The notes beneath the pieces were generated by a model. The model was not told the DNA's origin, did no database searches, and worked only from the letters and a program-made list of their open reading frames with translations. Below are positions 8,341 through 18,220 of a stretch of DNA of 64,000 bases, one piece after another; the first letter of the stretch is position 1; each line of letters starts with the position of its first letter. The position numbers were made by a program, and so were the translations under genes. The stretch is from a bacterium (GTDB lineage: Bacteria > Myxococcota_A > UBA9160 > UBA4427): the NCBI GenBank assembly GCA_024742285.1, contig JANSYR010000003.1, forward strand, positions 381,657 through 445,656, written 5' to 3'.

Positions 8341-10565
8341 GGCGAAAGAACGCGGACGCGCTCGCGAAGCTCGTTCGCAACCACGAGGGACCGCTCACTC
8401 AGGAGCTCGTGCGCAAGCCCGGTCGTTTCGGACTCGGCCAGGTGCCGTCTCGTCTCGCGCCGGACGCGGTGGCCCGATCGGTCTGCGGCTTCTGCTCGAC
8501 GGGCTGCGGCCTGAAGCTCCACCTTCGCGATGGCGTAGCCTGCAACGTCAGTCCGGACCCGGACTACCCGGTCAATCGCGGGATGGCGTGTCCGAAGGGC
8601 TGGGAGGTCCTGTCGCCCCTCGACGCGGACGACCGCGCGACGCAGCCGCTGGTGCGGACGGACGACGGAAGCCTCGCGCCAACGACCTGGCCGGAAGCGA
8701 TGAGGCACTTCACGGAAGGAGTCCGTGGCGTCCAGCAGGCACATGGGGACGCGGCGTTCGCCTTCCTGGGCACGGGCCAGATGCCGACGGAGGAGCTCGC
8801 GTTCCTCGGAGCCCTCTCCAAGTTCGGCCTCGGTATGGTGCACGGAGACGGCAACACGCGGCAATGCATGGCGACGGCGGTCGTCTCGTACAAGGAGTCG
8901 TTCGGGTTCGACGCGCCACCCTACTCGTATCAGGACTTCGAGGACTCCGACGTCCTCGTCCTGGTCGGCTCGAATCTCTGTATCGCCCACCCGATCCTCT
9001 GGGAGCGAATCTGTCGCAACCCCCACGATCCCCGGATCATCGTCGTCGACCCGCGCCGGACGGAGACCGCGGAGGCGGCAACACAGCACGTGCCGCTCAG
9101 GCCCAAGTCCGATCTCGTGCTCTTCTACGGGCTGGCGAAGGCACTGATCGAGCGCGGCTGCGTCGACGAGGCGTTCGTCGCTGCGCACACGACGGGCTTC
9201 GAGGCGTTCGCCGATTTCGTCGCGGCTTTCGACGAAGACCGCGTGCTGGCGGAGACGGGGATCGACGCGTCCGCGTTCGCGCGTCTGGTCGACACGATCG
9301 CGGAGGGCGAGCGGGTCTCGTTCTGGTGGACGATGGGAGTCAACCAGAGTCACGAGGGGGTGCGGGTCGCCCAGTCGCTCATCGACCTCGCGCTCCTGAC
9401 GGGCAACATCGGCCGACCCGGAACCGGCGCGAACTCGATCACGGGCCAATGCAACGCGATGGGGTCCCGCCTCTTCAGCAATACGACGAACCTGCTCGGG
9501 GGACGTGACTTCACGTGCGAGACGGATCGCGCCGACGTCGCCCGTCTGCTGGACATTCCCGTCGAGCGCATTCCGAGCGAGCGGAGTCTCGCCTACGACG
9601 AGATCCTGGAAGCAGTGCGCGAAGGACGGATTCGCGGGCTCTGGATCGTGGCGACGAATTCCGCGCACTCGTGGATCGACCAGAACGATTTCCGGGAGCT
9701 GCGGGAGAAGCTCGACTTCCTGGTCGTCCAGGACATGTACGCGTCGACCGAGACGGCGGAGATGGCCGATCTCGTCCTTCCCGCGGCGGGTTGGGGCGAG
9801 AAGGACGGCACGTTCATCAACTCCGAACGCCGGGTCGGCCGCATCCGAAAGGTGCGGAGGGCGCCGGGGGAGGCGCTCGCCGACTTTCAGATCTTCCGCC
9901 TGGTCGCGAACGCCGCGGGTTGCGACGATCTCTTCGAGCGTTGGAAGACGCCCGAGGACGTCTTCGACCTGATGCGGACGCTCTCGCGCGGACGCCCCTG
10001 CGACATCTCGGGAATCGAGGGCTACCGAATGCTCGAGGAATCGGGCGGCATGCAGTGGCCCGTGCCCGAGTCCGCGACGGTGGACGGCGCGATGCCCGAG
10101 CAGGAACGCCGACTCTTCGCGGACGGTCGGTTCTTCCACGAGGACGGCCGGGCCAGGTTCATCTTCGAAGCGCCTCGTGCCGTGGCCGAGCCGACCGACG
10201 AGGCATTCCCGCTGGTCCTCCTGACCGGCCGCGGCTCCTCCGCACAGTGGCACACGGAGACGCGAACCGGGAAATCTCCGACCCTTCGCAAGCTCGCGCC
10301 CGCCGAGAGCCAACTCGAGATCCATCCCGACGATGCGTCACGGGCCGGGATCGCGACCGGTGACCGGGTCGCCGTGGCGTCGCGACGGGATCGGCTCGTG
10401 GTGCGCGCTCGCGTGACGACCGTGGTCCCTCGCGGTTCGGTCTTCCTCGCGATGCACGATGCTCGCACGAATCGACTGACCCATGCGTCCTTCGATCCCT
10501 ACTCGCATCAGCCGAGCTACAAGCACGCCGCCGTCTGCATCGAGCCCGCCACCGCCGTCGACTGA
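8328..10565 (+). CDS. nasA: Assimilatory nitrate reductase catalytic subunit (molybdopterin oxidoreductase, NasA/NarB type)
   Basis: N-terminal 4Fe-4S motif [13 protein letters not shown]. Also [24 protein letters not shown] and ITGQCNAMG. Product is ~745 aa. No Tat signal is evident, because SRWRK is not followed by a hydrophobic h-region. An in-frame alternative ATG lies at 8304. Confidence 0.9.
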   Translation: MTSRWRKNADALAKLVRNHEGPLTQELVRKPGRFGLGQVPSRLAPDAVARSVCGFCSTGCGLKLHLRDGVACNVSPDPDYPVNRGMACPKGWEVLSPLDADDRATQPLVRTDDGSLAPTTWPEAMRHFTEGVRGVQQAHGDAAFAFLGTGQMPTEELAFLGALSKFGLGMVHGDGNTRQCMATAVVSYKESFGFDAPPYSYQDFEDSDVLVLVGSNLCIAHPILWERICRNPHDPRIIVVDPRRTETAEAATQHVPLRPKSDLVLFYGLAKALIERGCVDEAFVAAHTTGFEAFADFVAAFDEDRVLAETGIDASAFARLVDTIAEGERVSFWWTMGVNQSHEGVRVAQSLIDLALLTGNIGRPGTGANSITGQCNAMGSRLFSNTTNLLGGRDFTCETDRADVARLLDIPVERIPSERSLAYDEILEAVREGRIRGLWIVATNSAHSWIDQNDFRELREKLDFLVVQDMYASTETAEMADLVLPAAGWGEKDGTFINSERRVGRIRKVRRAPGEALADFQIFRLVANAAGCDDLFERWKTPEDVFDLMRTLSRGRPCDISGIEGYRMLEESGGMQWPVPESATVDGAMPEQERRLFADGRFFHEDGRARFIFEAPRAVAEPTDEAFPLVLLTGRGSSAQWHTETRTGKSPTLRKLAPAESQLEIHPDDASRAGIATGDRVAVASRRDRLVVRARVTTVVPRGSVFLAMHDARTNRLTHASFDPYSHQPSYKHAAVCIEPATAVD

Positions 10566-10699
10566 TGCATCCCTGACCGCGACGTGCCCAACGACGCGGC
10601 AGAAGAGACGCGACCGTCCGATCCGTCTTGCGACCGATGCGACCCACGTCGTTTTGCTTGAGGTGATCCGTGCCGGAACGAGTCGCCGGCCGCCCAGGC

Positions 10700-10720
10700 G
10701 CGTCGCTTCAGGCGCGACGC
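10700..10720 (+). terminator. Candidate hairpin terminator or attenuator after nasA
   Basis: GCGTCGC-ttcaggc-GCGACGC: a 7-bp GC stem followed by tcgtgtt. It sits just upstream of the second sigma-54-like element. Confidence 0.3.
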
Positions 10721-10726
10721 TCGTGT

Positions 10727-10741
10727 TGGCATCGATCTTGA
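10727..10741 (+). promoter_or_regulatory. Candidate sigma-54 (-24/-12) promoter upstream of nrtA
   Basis: TGGCATcgatcTTGA, 71 nt upstream of the nrtA start. Spacing and position match the element at 2917. Confidence 0.3.
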
Positions 10742-10797
10742 AGACCATGGCGGCGTCCTCGCGCTTCGAACCGCCCTGATGACGAAAGGCCCAAACC

Positions 10798-12183
10798 GTG
10801 ACGCTGACCGAACACGGCACCCCCAACCGGCGATCGAGAACCTTCGCATTCGTTCTCTCGCTGCTGCTCGTTCTCTCCCTTGCTCTCCCCGCCTCATCCG
10901 CGGAGCTCGAGCTCGAGAAGGACGAGCTCAAGTTCGGCTTCATCAAGCTGACCGACTGCGCGGCCCTCGTGATCGCGAAGGAGCTCGGGTACTTCGAGGA
11001 CGAAGGGCTCTTCGTCACTCTCGAGGCGCAAGCGAACTGGAAGATCCTCCTCGACCGCGTGATCAGCGGCGAGCTCGACGGAGCCCACATGCTCTCCGGG
11101 CAGCCGATCGGCGCGACCGTCGGAATCGGAACGAAGGCAGACGTGATCACGCCGTTCAGCATGGACTTGAACGGCAACGGCATCACGGTCTCCAACGCGA
11201 TCTGGGAGGAGATGAAGTCCGTCGACCCCGGGCTCGCCGTCCCGAAGCCCGTCCATCCGATCAGCGCCGACGCGCTGAAGCCGATCGTCGAGGACGCGAA
11301 GGAGCTCGGCGAGCCCCTCCGCATGGGGATGGTCTTCCCGGTCTCGACCCACAACTACGAGCTTCGCTACTGGCTCGCCGCGTCGGGTATCAGCCCCGGC
11401 TTCTACACGCCCGCGGACACGACCGGGACCACCGACGCGGACGTTCTCCTGTCGGTGACCCCACCCCCGCAGATGCCCGCGACCCTCGATCAGGGGACGA
11501 TCCAGGGATATTGCGTCGGCGAGCCCTGGAACCAGCAGGCGGTGTTCAAGAAGATCGGCGTCCCGGTCGTCACGAACTACGAAATCTGGAAGAACAACCC
11601 GGAGAAGGTCTTCGGCATCACCCGCGACTGGGCCGAGCAGTACCCGAACACCGCGATCGCCGTGACCAAGGCGCTGATCCGGGCCGGCAAGTGGCTCGAC
11701 GGGAGTCTCGAGAACCGCAAGCAGGCGGTGAAGATCCTGTCCAAGAGCGAGTACGTCGGGGCGGACGAAGAGGTCATCGCCGCGAGCATGACCGGCACCT
11801 TCGAATACGCCCGTGGCGACAAGCGGGACATGCCCGACTTCAACGTCTTCTTCCGATACGACGCGACCTATCCCTTCTACAGCGACGCGGTCTGGTTCCT
11901 CACGCAGATGCGGCGCTGGGGCCAGATCTCCGAGGCGAAGCCGGACGCGTGGTACGACGAGATGGCGAAGAAGGTCTACCGCCCCGACATCTACATGGCG
12001 GCCGCGAAGATGCTCCTCGCCGAGGGGCACCTCTCCGCGAGCGAGGTGCCCGAGACCGACGGCTACAAGGATCCCGACCCGGGGTTCATCGACGGGATCG
12101 TCTACGACGGTCGCAAGCCCAACGAGTACCTCTCGAAGTTCGAGATCGGCAACCAGGGCAGTCCCGAGACGGCCGCGCGCTAG
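10798..12183 (+). CDS. nrtA: Nitrate/nitrite ABC transporter substrate-binding protein (NrtA/CmpA family)
   Basis: 461 aa with a signal peptide ([20 protein letters not shown]). Family-typical [28 protein letters not shown]...HMLSGQPIG...GYCVGEPWN. Confidence 0.9.
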   Translation: MTLTEHGTPNRRSRTFAFVLSLLLVLSLALPASSAELELEKDELKFGFIKLTDCAALVIAKELGYFEDEGLFVTLEAQANWKILLDRVISGELDGAHMLSGQPIGATVGIGTKADVITPFSMDLNGNGITVSNAIWEEMKSVDPGLAVPKPVHPISADALKPIVEDAKELGEPLRMGMVFPVSTHNYELRYWLAASGISPGFYTPADTTGTTDADVLLSVTPPPQMPATLDQGTIQGYCVGEPWNQQAVFKKIGVPVVTNYEIWKNNPEKVFGITRDWAEQYPNTAIAVTKALIRAGKWLDGSLENRKQAVKILSKSEYVGADEEVIAASMTGTFEYARGDKRDMPDFNVFFRYDATYPFYSDAVWFLTQMRRWGQISEAKPDAWYDEMAKKVYRPDIYMAAAKMLLAEGHLSASEVPETDGYKDPDPGFIDGIVYDGRKPNEYLSKFEIGNQGSPETAAR

Positions 12184-12240
12184 GGGCGGATCCCCGCCCC
12201 CACCCTCGCTCCCACCACCACACTTGAAGCAGGAGACGCC

Positions 12241-13293
12241 ATGTCTACGGAAGCGCCCGCCCTTCGACCGAAGGGCGCCCTCAAGTCCCGAGTGATCCGG
12301 ACACTCGAGGGATTGGGCCTCGAGATCTTCGTTCCAGCCATCCGACTCGCAACCGGAGAAGAGCCCGCCGCGCAGGTGCGTGACCTGATGAAGTCGGTCG
12401 GCGTTCCGCTCCTCTCGATCGGGGTCTTCCTCGTCCTCTGGGCGTCGCTGGCCGCCTCGGTCGAGACCAGCATCGGGTCGGTCCCCGGCCCGACGCAGGT
12501 CTGGACCGAAGCGAAGTCGCTGGTCGACGAGCACTACGCCGAGCGCGCGAAGGAGGTCGCCTTCTACGAGCGGATGGCGAAGAAGAAGGAGGAGTGGCTC
12601 GCGAAGGGGAAGACCTGGAAGGACCGGAAGTACTCCGGGAAGCCGACCTATTTCGACCAGATCTGGACGAGTCTCCAGACCGTGTTCGCCGGGTTCCTGG
12701 TCGCTTCACTCCTGGCGGTCCCAATCGGGATCCTCTGCGGTCTGTCGACGACGATGAATGCGGCCTTCGCGCCGCTCATCCAGGTCTTCAAGCCGGTCTC
12801 GCCCCTGGCGTGGCTGCCGATCGTGATGATCCTGGTGAGCGCGCTCTATACCTCCGAGGATCCCTTCTTCGAGAAATCGTTCATCAGCTCGGCGCTGACG
12901 GTGAGTCTCTGCTCGCTCTGGCCGACCCTCGTGAATACCGCGCTCGGCGTCGCGTCGGTCGACCAGGATCACCTGAACGTGGCGCGGGTGCTCAAGCTTC
13001 CGTGGTCGACGCGGGTGTTCAAGATCGTCGTGCCCTCGGCGCTGCCGCTGATCTTCACCGGGCTGCGACTCTCTCTTGGCGTCGGCTGGATGGTGCTGAT
13101 CGCGGCGGAGATGCTGGCCCAGAACCCGGGCCTCGGGAAATTCGTCTGGGACATGTTCCAGAACGGCAGCTCTCAGACGTTGGCCCAGATCATGGTCGCG
13201 GTGTTCACGATCGGCCTCATCGGATTCGCGCTCGATCGGCTGATGGTCGCCCTCCAGCGTTCGGTCAGCTTCGACGGCACGGTGTCGGCATGA
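12241..13293 (+). CDS. nrtB: Nitrate ABC transporter permease
   Basis: 350 aa, multi-TM, with an ABC permease EAA-like region ([34 protein letters not shown]). SD CAGGAG lies upstream. Confidence 0.9.
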   Translation: MSTEAPALRPKGALKSRVIRTLEGLGLEIFVPAIRLATGEEPAAQVRDLMKSVGVPLLSIGVFLVLWASLAASVETSIGSVPGPTQVWTEAKSLVDEHYAERAKEVAFYERMAKKKEEWLAKGKTWKDRKYSGKPTYFDQIWTSLQTVFAGFLVASLLAVPIGILCGLSTTMNAAFAPLIQVFKPVSPLAWLPIVMILVSALYTSEDPFFEKSFISSALTVSLCSLWPTLVNTALGVASVDQDHLNVARVLKLPWSTRVFKIVVPSALPLIFTGLRLSLGVGWMVLIAAEMLAQNPGLGKFVWDMFQNGSSQTLAQIMVAVFTIGLIGFALDRLMVALQRSVSFDGTVSA

Positions 13294-14249
13294 CGACGAC
13301 CACGACGACCCCGGTCACGGAGACCGAGGAGCAGCAGCTCTCGATCGGATTCAGCGTGAGGAACGAGGCGCCGCAGCCCCAGGCACAGCCCTTCCTCGAG
13401 CTCTCGGGGGTCAGCAAGTCGTTCGGGGAGGCGGCCTCTCGGACCGAGGTCCTCTCGGAGATCGATCTTTCCGTCCGCGAAGGCGAGTTCCTCGCGATCG
13501 TCGGCTTCTCCGGCAGCGGCAAGACGACCCTGATCAACCTGATCGCGGGGCTCGTCGAGGCGGACGAGGGCAAGATCGAGCTCGACGGCAAGCCGATCAC
13601 GGGGCCGGGCCCCGACCGGGGCGTCGTCTTCCAGAGCTACGCGCTGCTGCCCTGGCTCACGGTCATGCAGAACGTCCAATTGGCGGTCGACTCGGTCTTC
13701 CGGGACGCGTCCGCCGCGGACCGCGAGGCACGGGCGCGAAGCTACGTGGAGATGGTCGGGCTCGGCGCCGCGCACTGGAAGTATCCGCGGGAGCTGTCCG
13801 GCGGAATGCGGCAGCGCGTGAGCGTCGCGCGTGGGCTCGCCATGGATCCCAAGATCCTGCTCCTCGACGAGCCGCTCTCGGCGCTGGACGCGCTCACCCG
13901 GGCGACGCTCCAGACCGAGATCGAACAGATCTGGGCAGCGGATCGGAAGACGGTCGTCCTCATCACGAACGACGTGGACGAAGCGATCCTGCTCGCGGAT
14001 CGGATCATTCCACTCCGCCCCGGGCCGCGTGCTTCGCTCGGGCCGGCGTTCGACGTGCCACTCGAACGGCCGCGAGACCGGACAGCGGTCAACGATGATC
14101 CGCAGTTCAAGAAGATCCGAAACGAGATCACCCACTACCTGATGGCCGTGAGTCGTCAGGCGGCTCGAAGCTCGAGCCGATCGCGGGTGCGCAAGCCCGA
14201 CGCCAAGCCGCTGGACCTTCGTCCCCGCAGCCTGCCGTCGGCGAGGTAG
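13290..14249 (+). CDS. nrtC: Nitrate ABC transporter ATP-binding protein 1
   Basis: ATG overlaps the nrtB stop (ATGA). It is in frame with the tail of ORF 12594..14249. Walker [10 protein letters not shown], signature LSGGMRQR, Walker B LLLDEP. 319 aa; it lacks the cyanobacterial NrtC C-terminal domain. Confidence 0.85.
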   Translation: MTTTTTTPVTETEEQQLSIGFSVRNEAPQPQAQPFLELSGVSKSFGEAASRTEVLSEIDLSVREGEFLAIVGFSGSGKTTLINLIAGLVEADEGKIELDGKPITGPGPDRGVVFQSYALLPWLTVMQNVQLAVDSVFRDASAADREARARSYVEMVGLGAAHWKYPRELSGGMRQRVSVARGLAMDPKILLLDEPLSALDALTRATLQTEIEQIWAADRKTVVLITNDVDEAILLADRIIPLRPGPRASLGPAFDVPLERPRDRTAVNDDPQFKKIRNEITHYLMAVSRQAARSSSRSRVRKPDAKPLDLRPRSLPSAR

Positions 14250-14257
14250 CGACGAAC

Positions 14258-15046
14258 ATGGCTGGATTCCTCGAAACGATCGCCCTGTCGAAGGTCTACG
14301 ACACGCCGGACGGGCCGCTTCCCGTCGTCGAAGGCTTCGAGCTCGAAGTGGCCGAAGGCGAGTTCATCGCGCTCATCGGTCACTCCGGATGCGGCAAGTC
14401 GACGGTCTTGCAGATGATCGCCGGCTTGAACGACATCTCCGATGGCAACGTGGTGCTCGATGCGCGCGAGATCGACGGACCCGGGCCGGATCGTGGCGTG
14501 GTCTTCCAGGCCCCCTGCCTGCTTCCCTGGATGACTGCTCGGGAGAACGTCCGGCTGGGGGTCGACCAGGTCTATTCGCACGTCGACGAGCAGACCCGGA
14601 GCGACATCGTGGACTACCACCTGGTTCTCGTCGGGCTCGGCGACGCGATGGACAAGCGGCCGGCAGAGCTCTCGAACGGGATGCGCCAGCGCGTCGGCCT
14701 CGCCCGCGCGTTCGCGCTCTCGCCGAAGATGCTCCTGCTCGACGAGCCCTTCGGCATGCTCGATTCGCTCACCCGTGTCGAACTCCAGGAGGTCCTGCTG
14801 GACATCTGGACCGAAGATCGAATGACCGCGCTCATGGTCACCCACGACGTGGACGAGGCGCTCTTCCTCGCCGATCGCGTGGTGATGATGACGTCCGGTC
14901 CCCGCGCCCGCGTGGGCCGGATCCTCGACGTTCCCTTCGGACGGCCGCGCGACCGCGCGGAGGTCCTCGAGCATCCCGACTACTACCGCCTCCGCGGCGA
15001 GCTGATCGGATTCCTCGAGGGGGAAGACCAAGCGCGCGCTGCGTGA
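14258..15046 (+). CDS. nrtD: Nitrate ABC transporter ATP-binding protein 2
   Basis: 262 aa. Walker [10 protein letters not shown], signature LSNGMRQR, Walker B LLLDEP. Confidence 0.9.
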   Translation: MAGFLETIALSKVYDTPDGPLPVVEGFELEVAEGEFIALIGHSGCGKSTVLQMIAGLNDISDGNVVLDAREIDGPGPDRGVVFQAPCLLPWMTARENVRLGVDQVYSHVDEQTRSDIVDYHLVLVGLGDAMDKRPAELSNGMRQRVGLARAFALSPKMLLLDEPFGMLDSLTRVELQEVLLDIWTEDRMTALMVTHDVDEALFLADRVVMMTSGPRARVGRILDVPFGRPRDRAEVLEHPDYYRLRGELIGFLEGEDQARAA

Positions 15047-15144
15047 GTCCGCCCCTTCCTCGGCTACCCGTTCTCGCCCTTCTCGCGAGACCGCACTCGC
15101 TTCGTCCCTGCTCCGCCGCCACCAACCACCTGAAACGGAAAAGG

Positions 15145-16449
15145 ATGCGACCGAAAACCCCGACTGACCGAAGGATGCTCTGCCGCGCAGGTCTGCGCCT
15201 CGCGGTGACGGCATCACTCCTGGTGAATCTCCCCTCCTTCTCGCTCGCCGAGGAGTCCCCGCCGAAGAGCAGCCTCGACGAAGCGCTCGCAGTCATCACC
15301 GACGCCAAGCCCATCATCCATTCGACCGCACGCTGGGAATACGGCAAGGCCAACGGCCTGGAACACTCGCACGGGGCGACCCTGCGAACGCGCTTCGGCG
15401 TCCAGTCCGGGACCTACAAGGGCTTCACCGCCCTGGTGGAGGGCGTGAATACGTTCTCGCCCTTCTCGAGCGAATACTTCGATGGCCAGGCGCCGAACTC
15501 GCGCGGGCAGACGCCGGTCGCGGACCCCGAGCGGACCGACGTGAACCGGTTCTGGCTCGAGTTCGGCAAGAAGGAGTGGGCGGGGAGCAAGCTCAAGAGT
15601 GGTCGGCAGCGGATCAAGCTCGATGACGATCGGTGGATCGGGAACGTCGGATGGCGCCAGAACGAGCAGACGTTCGATGCGGCCCGTTTCCAGACGAGTC
15701 TCGGCGTGGACGACCTGGTCCTCCAGTACGTCTACGCGTGGGAGGTGAACCGGATCTTCGCGGACGTCGGAGCGCCGGGTCAGCTCGACTTCGACCCGAA
15801 CGCCCACTTCTTCAACGTGGGATATAAGGTGAACGAGTCGCTCAAGGCGGTCGCTTTCGCCTACCTGATCGATCCGGACTCGCCCGCGTACTCGGCCTTC
15901 GGTTCCGCCACCTACGGGGCGCGCTTCACGGGTGCGATTCCGCTCAACGACGACTTTTCGATCCCCTACCAGGCTTCGTATGCCTACCAGACGGACTGGG
16001 GTCGCAATCAGGTCTCGTACGGCGCGCACTATGCCTACGTCGAAGCAGGGCTCAAGTTCAAGCCGATCGGCACGCTCGCCGCGGGCTACGAGCACCTCGG
16101 CAGCGATACCGACGCGCGGATCGTGACCCCGTTCTCCACGGCGCACAAGTTCAACGGCTTCGCGGACGTGTTCCTGAACAACGGCGGCTTGCGGGGACTG
16201 CGTGACTTCTACGTCTCGTTCGCGCCGAAGATGCCCTTCAAGGGATGGACGGCGAAGGTCTGGTTCCACCAGTTCTGGGACGACCAGGGTGGAGACAACC
16301 TGGGCCAGGAGTACAACCTCGTCACCAGCTACAAGTTGAACAAGCACATCTCCTTCCTGTGGAAGGCAGCGTACTTCGACGGGGGGAAGAACCGGTCGCC
16401 GAACGCGTCGGTCACGCGGAGCATCCTGCAGACGACGTTCAAGTTCTGA
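15145..16449 (+). CDS. Outer-membrane beta-barrel porin, alginate-export (AlgE-like) family
   Basis: 434 aa, in frame with the tail of ORF 14389..16449. ATG follows GGAAAAGGA. It has a signal peptide, the motif GRQRIKLDDDRWIGNVGWRQNEQTFDAARF, alternating beta-strand pattern and a C-terminal ...LQTTFKF. It is the last gene after nrtD. Confidence 0.8.
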   Translation: MRPKTPTDRRMLCRAGLRLAVTASLLVNLPSFSLAEESPPKSSLDEALAVITDAKPIIHSTARWEYGKANGLEHSHGATLRTRFGVQSGTYKGFTALVEGVNTFSPFSSEYFDGQAPNSRGQTPVADPERTDVNRFWLEFGKKEWAGSKLKSGRQRIKLDDDRWIGNVGWRQNEQTFDAARFQTSLGVDDLVLQYVYAWEVNRIFADVGAPGQLDFDPNAHFFNVGYKVNESLKAVAFAYLIDPDSPAYSAFGSATYGARFTGAIPLNDDFSIPYQASYAYQTDWGRNQVSYGAHYAYVEAGLKFKPIGTLAAGYEHLGSDTDARIVTPFSTAHKFNGFADVFLNNGGLRGLRDFYVSFAPKMPFKGWTAKVWFHQFWDDQGGDNLGQEYNLVTSYKLNKHISFLWKAAYFDGGKNRSPNASVTRSILQTTFKF

Positions 16450-16456
16450 GCAGCGC

Positions 16457-16501
16457 GGGGCGGGAGGCTCGGCGGTCGCGAGACCGCGAGGCTCCCCGCC
16501 C
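16457..16501. terminator. Candidate bidirectional GC-rich hairpin between convergent genes
   Basis: Inner stem GCGGTC-gcga-GACCGC is flanked by imperfectly pairing GGGGCGGGAG / CTCCCCGCCC arms. It lies between the porin stop (16449) and the K+ channel stop (16544). Confidence 0.35.
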
Positions 16502-16543
16502 TGGGCCGATCGCGGGCGCCGCCGCGGAGCGAGCAGGACGGGC

Positions 16544-17251
16544 CTAGACGGTCGGTTCGTTCCGCCGCCGGCCGACGTAGAGCGCGACGAGTCGGGCGAC
16601 GAAGATCGTCAGGTAGAGCTGGCCGATCAGCGCCTCCGAGACGGCGAACATCTGGGCGAGGTCGCTCCGCGGGGCGATGTCGCCGTAGCCGAGGGTCGTG
16701 AGCGTCACGAAGCTGAAGTAGAGCAGCTGGGTCGCGTGCCGGGACCGATCTTCCATCGGGATCGGCGGCGCGCCCGAGGTGAAGGCATCGGGATCGAGCT
16801 GGGCGAGCAGGATGAACGCCACGGCGAAGCACAGGCCCACCAGCAGATAGACGCAGATCCCCCCGACGATCGTGTCGCGGGACACCTGATCGGCCTGGAT
16901 CAAGCCGTTCAACATGACCAGGGTGGTCAGGCCGAGGAGCGCGAGCGCGATCAGCCCCGAGATGACCCGGACGGTCGTCGCATCCGTGTACTCGGCGAGC
17001 CCGAGGCCGACGATCGCCGCACCCCCGAGCCCGATGGCGACCAGGAAGATGCCGCGTTGGTGGCTGTTCACGACGACGGCGGCGACCATCACCAGCGCGA
17101 GCATGGGCGGGAATCCCGCAGATCGTCCGGTCGCGATCTGCACCAGGGGCAGCGCGACGAGGAGGAGGATGAGGGAGCCCAACAGGACGGCGTGGCGCCC
17201 GAAGGCGCCCTCGTCCTCGTCGCTTTTCGCGAGCGTGCGGAGCCAGGACAT
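16544..17251 (-). CDS. Potassium channel (pore-loop TLGYGD)
   Basis: 235 aa starting at MSWLRT, internal to ORF 16544..17602. Several TM helices. Selectivity filter FSFVTLTTLGYGDIAP. Confidence 0.8.
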   Translation of the reverse strand: MSWLRTLAKSDEDEGAFGRHAVLLGSLILLLVALPLVQIATGRSAGFPPMLALVMVAAVVVNSHQRGIFLVAIGLGGAAIVGLGLAEYTDATTVRVISGLIALALLGLTTLVMLNGLIQADQVSRDTIVGGICVYLLVGLCFAVAFILLAQLDPDAFTSGAPPIPMEDRSRHATQLLYFSFVTLTTLGYGDIAPRSDLAQMFAVSEALIGQLYLTIFVARLVALYVGRRRNEPTV

Positions 17252-17300
17252 CACGCCGAGAGAGTAGACGACCTCGTTGCGATCTGGCGTGGTCGGGTGC

Positions 17301-17972
17301 TCAGTACTCCAGGTCGTAGGCGAGCTTCTGAAGGAAGACGATCGCGCCGCCGGGAGGTGGTCGGAACGGGGCGGCGCGACGAATGGCTTCCTCCGTGGCG
17401 CGAAGGAGGACGCGAGGCGCATCGGAGCGTGAACGGATGGCGTCGACTTCGCCGTCCGGTCCGATCTCGATCTCGACGAGTACGTCACTGGTGATCTTGC
17501 GCTTCCGCGCGAGGCGGGGATAGCGTTGTTGTCGCTCGACGAGGTTGCTCGCGTAGTCGACGTACTCCGCGCGCTCGTCCCGGTCGACGCCCTGGGGTGC
17601 AATCGGAGCCGGTTCCGAAGGCGGCGCCGCCGACACGTCAGGCAGGGTCGGCGTCTGACGCACGGTCTCGACGGGTTCGGCCGCGGCGACCCGGACCGTC
17701 TCCGGAACGGGCTTGGGCTCGGGCTGCTTTTCGACGGGCCTGGGCTTCGGGGGCGGCGGGGGAGCGGGCTCGACCGGAGGCGGCGGAGGTGCCGCTGCCG
17801 GCTCCGGAACCGCAGGAGCGGGCTGGAAGAGTCGGACCGCGACCACCTTCTCCTCGCCGAAGTCGACGCGTCGGACCGACGTGCGGTCCGACAGGAACCA
17901 CGCCGCCGCCGCGTGGGCGACGAGCGAGATCGCGAGGGCGATCGCGAAGACGGGGTTCCTGTCGTTGCGCAT
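17301..17972 (-). CDS. tonB: TonB energy transducer
   Basis: 223 aa. N-terminal TM anchor, Pro-rich spacer (PPPPPVEPAPPPPPKPRPVEKQPEPKPVPE) and a TonB C-terminal domain. Confidence 0.85.
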   Translation of the reverse strand: MRNDRNPVFAIALAISLVAHAAAAWFLSDRTSVRRVDFGEEKVVAVRLFQPAPAVPEPAAAPPPPPVEPAPPPPPKPRPVEKQPEPKPVPETVRVAAAEPVETVRQTPTLPDVSAAPPSEPAPIAPQGVDRDERAEYVDYASNLVERQQRYPRLARKRKITSDVLVEIEIGPDGEVDAIRSRSDAPRVLLRATEEAIRRAAPFRPPPGGAIVFLQKLAYDLEY

Positions 17973-17982
17973 CGGTCGGCGT

Positions 17983-18147
17983 CTACTTCGTCAGGATCAA
18001 GCGGTTGTTTCGCGTCAGGCGGAGCGTGTACACCTCGCCTTCGTGCTCGATCTGCAGGATGCCCTTCGGTCCGAGCATCTCACCGGCGCGCACGCGCTTG
18101 ATCGTGTCCGCGGGATCTTCCGCGGATCCATCGTGCGTACAGTCCAC
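17983..18147 (-). CDS. hemP: HemP-family small hemin-uptake protein
   Basis: 54 aa, too short for the ORF track. GTG start 8 nt after GGAGA. Translation VDCTHDGSAEDPADTIKRVRAGEMLGPKGILQIEHEGEVYTLRLTRNNRLILTK ends with the HemP signature (I.H.G..Y.LR.T....LILTK). It lies directly upstream of tonB. Confidence 0.7.
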   Translation of the reverse strand: MDCTHDGSAEDPADTIKRVRAGEMLGPKGILQIEHEGEVYTLRLTRNNRLILTK

Positions 18148-18220
18148 GGTGGTTTCTCCAGGTTGGGGCGACAGGATTTTGTCGCCGCGTGGGTCGGCTC
18201 GCGGAGCCTTTCGAAGCGCT

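Noticed and set aside
8293-8345. Possible twin-arginine (Tat) signal at the NasA N-terminus (TSRWRK)
   Set aside because: No hydrophobic h-region or AxA cleavage site follows; the sequence continues [19 protein letters not shown]. It was therefore treated as cytoplasmic. A formal TatP/SignalP run is still advisable.
18167-18186. Hairpin GGCGACA-ggattt-TGTCGCC between the PEP-CTERM gene and hemP as a terminator
   Set aside because: The stem is only 7 bp, there is no U-tract, and it lies within about 20 nt of the hemP SD. It is equally likely to be an operator or fortuitous, so it was not called as a feature.
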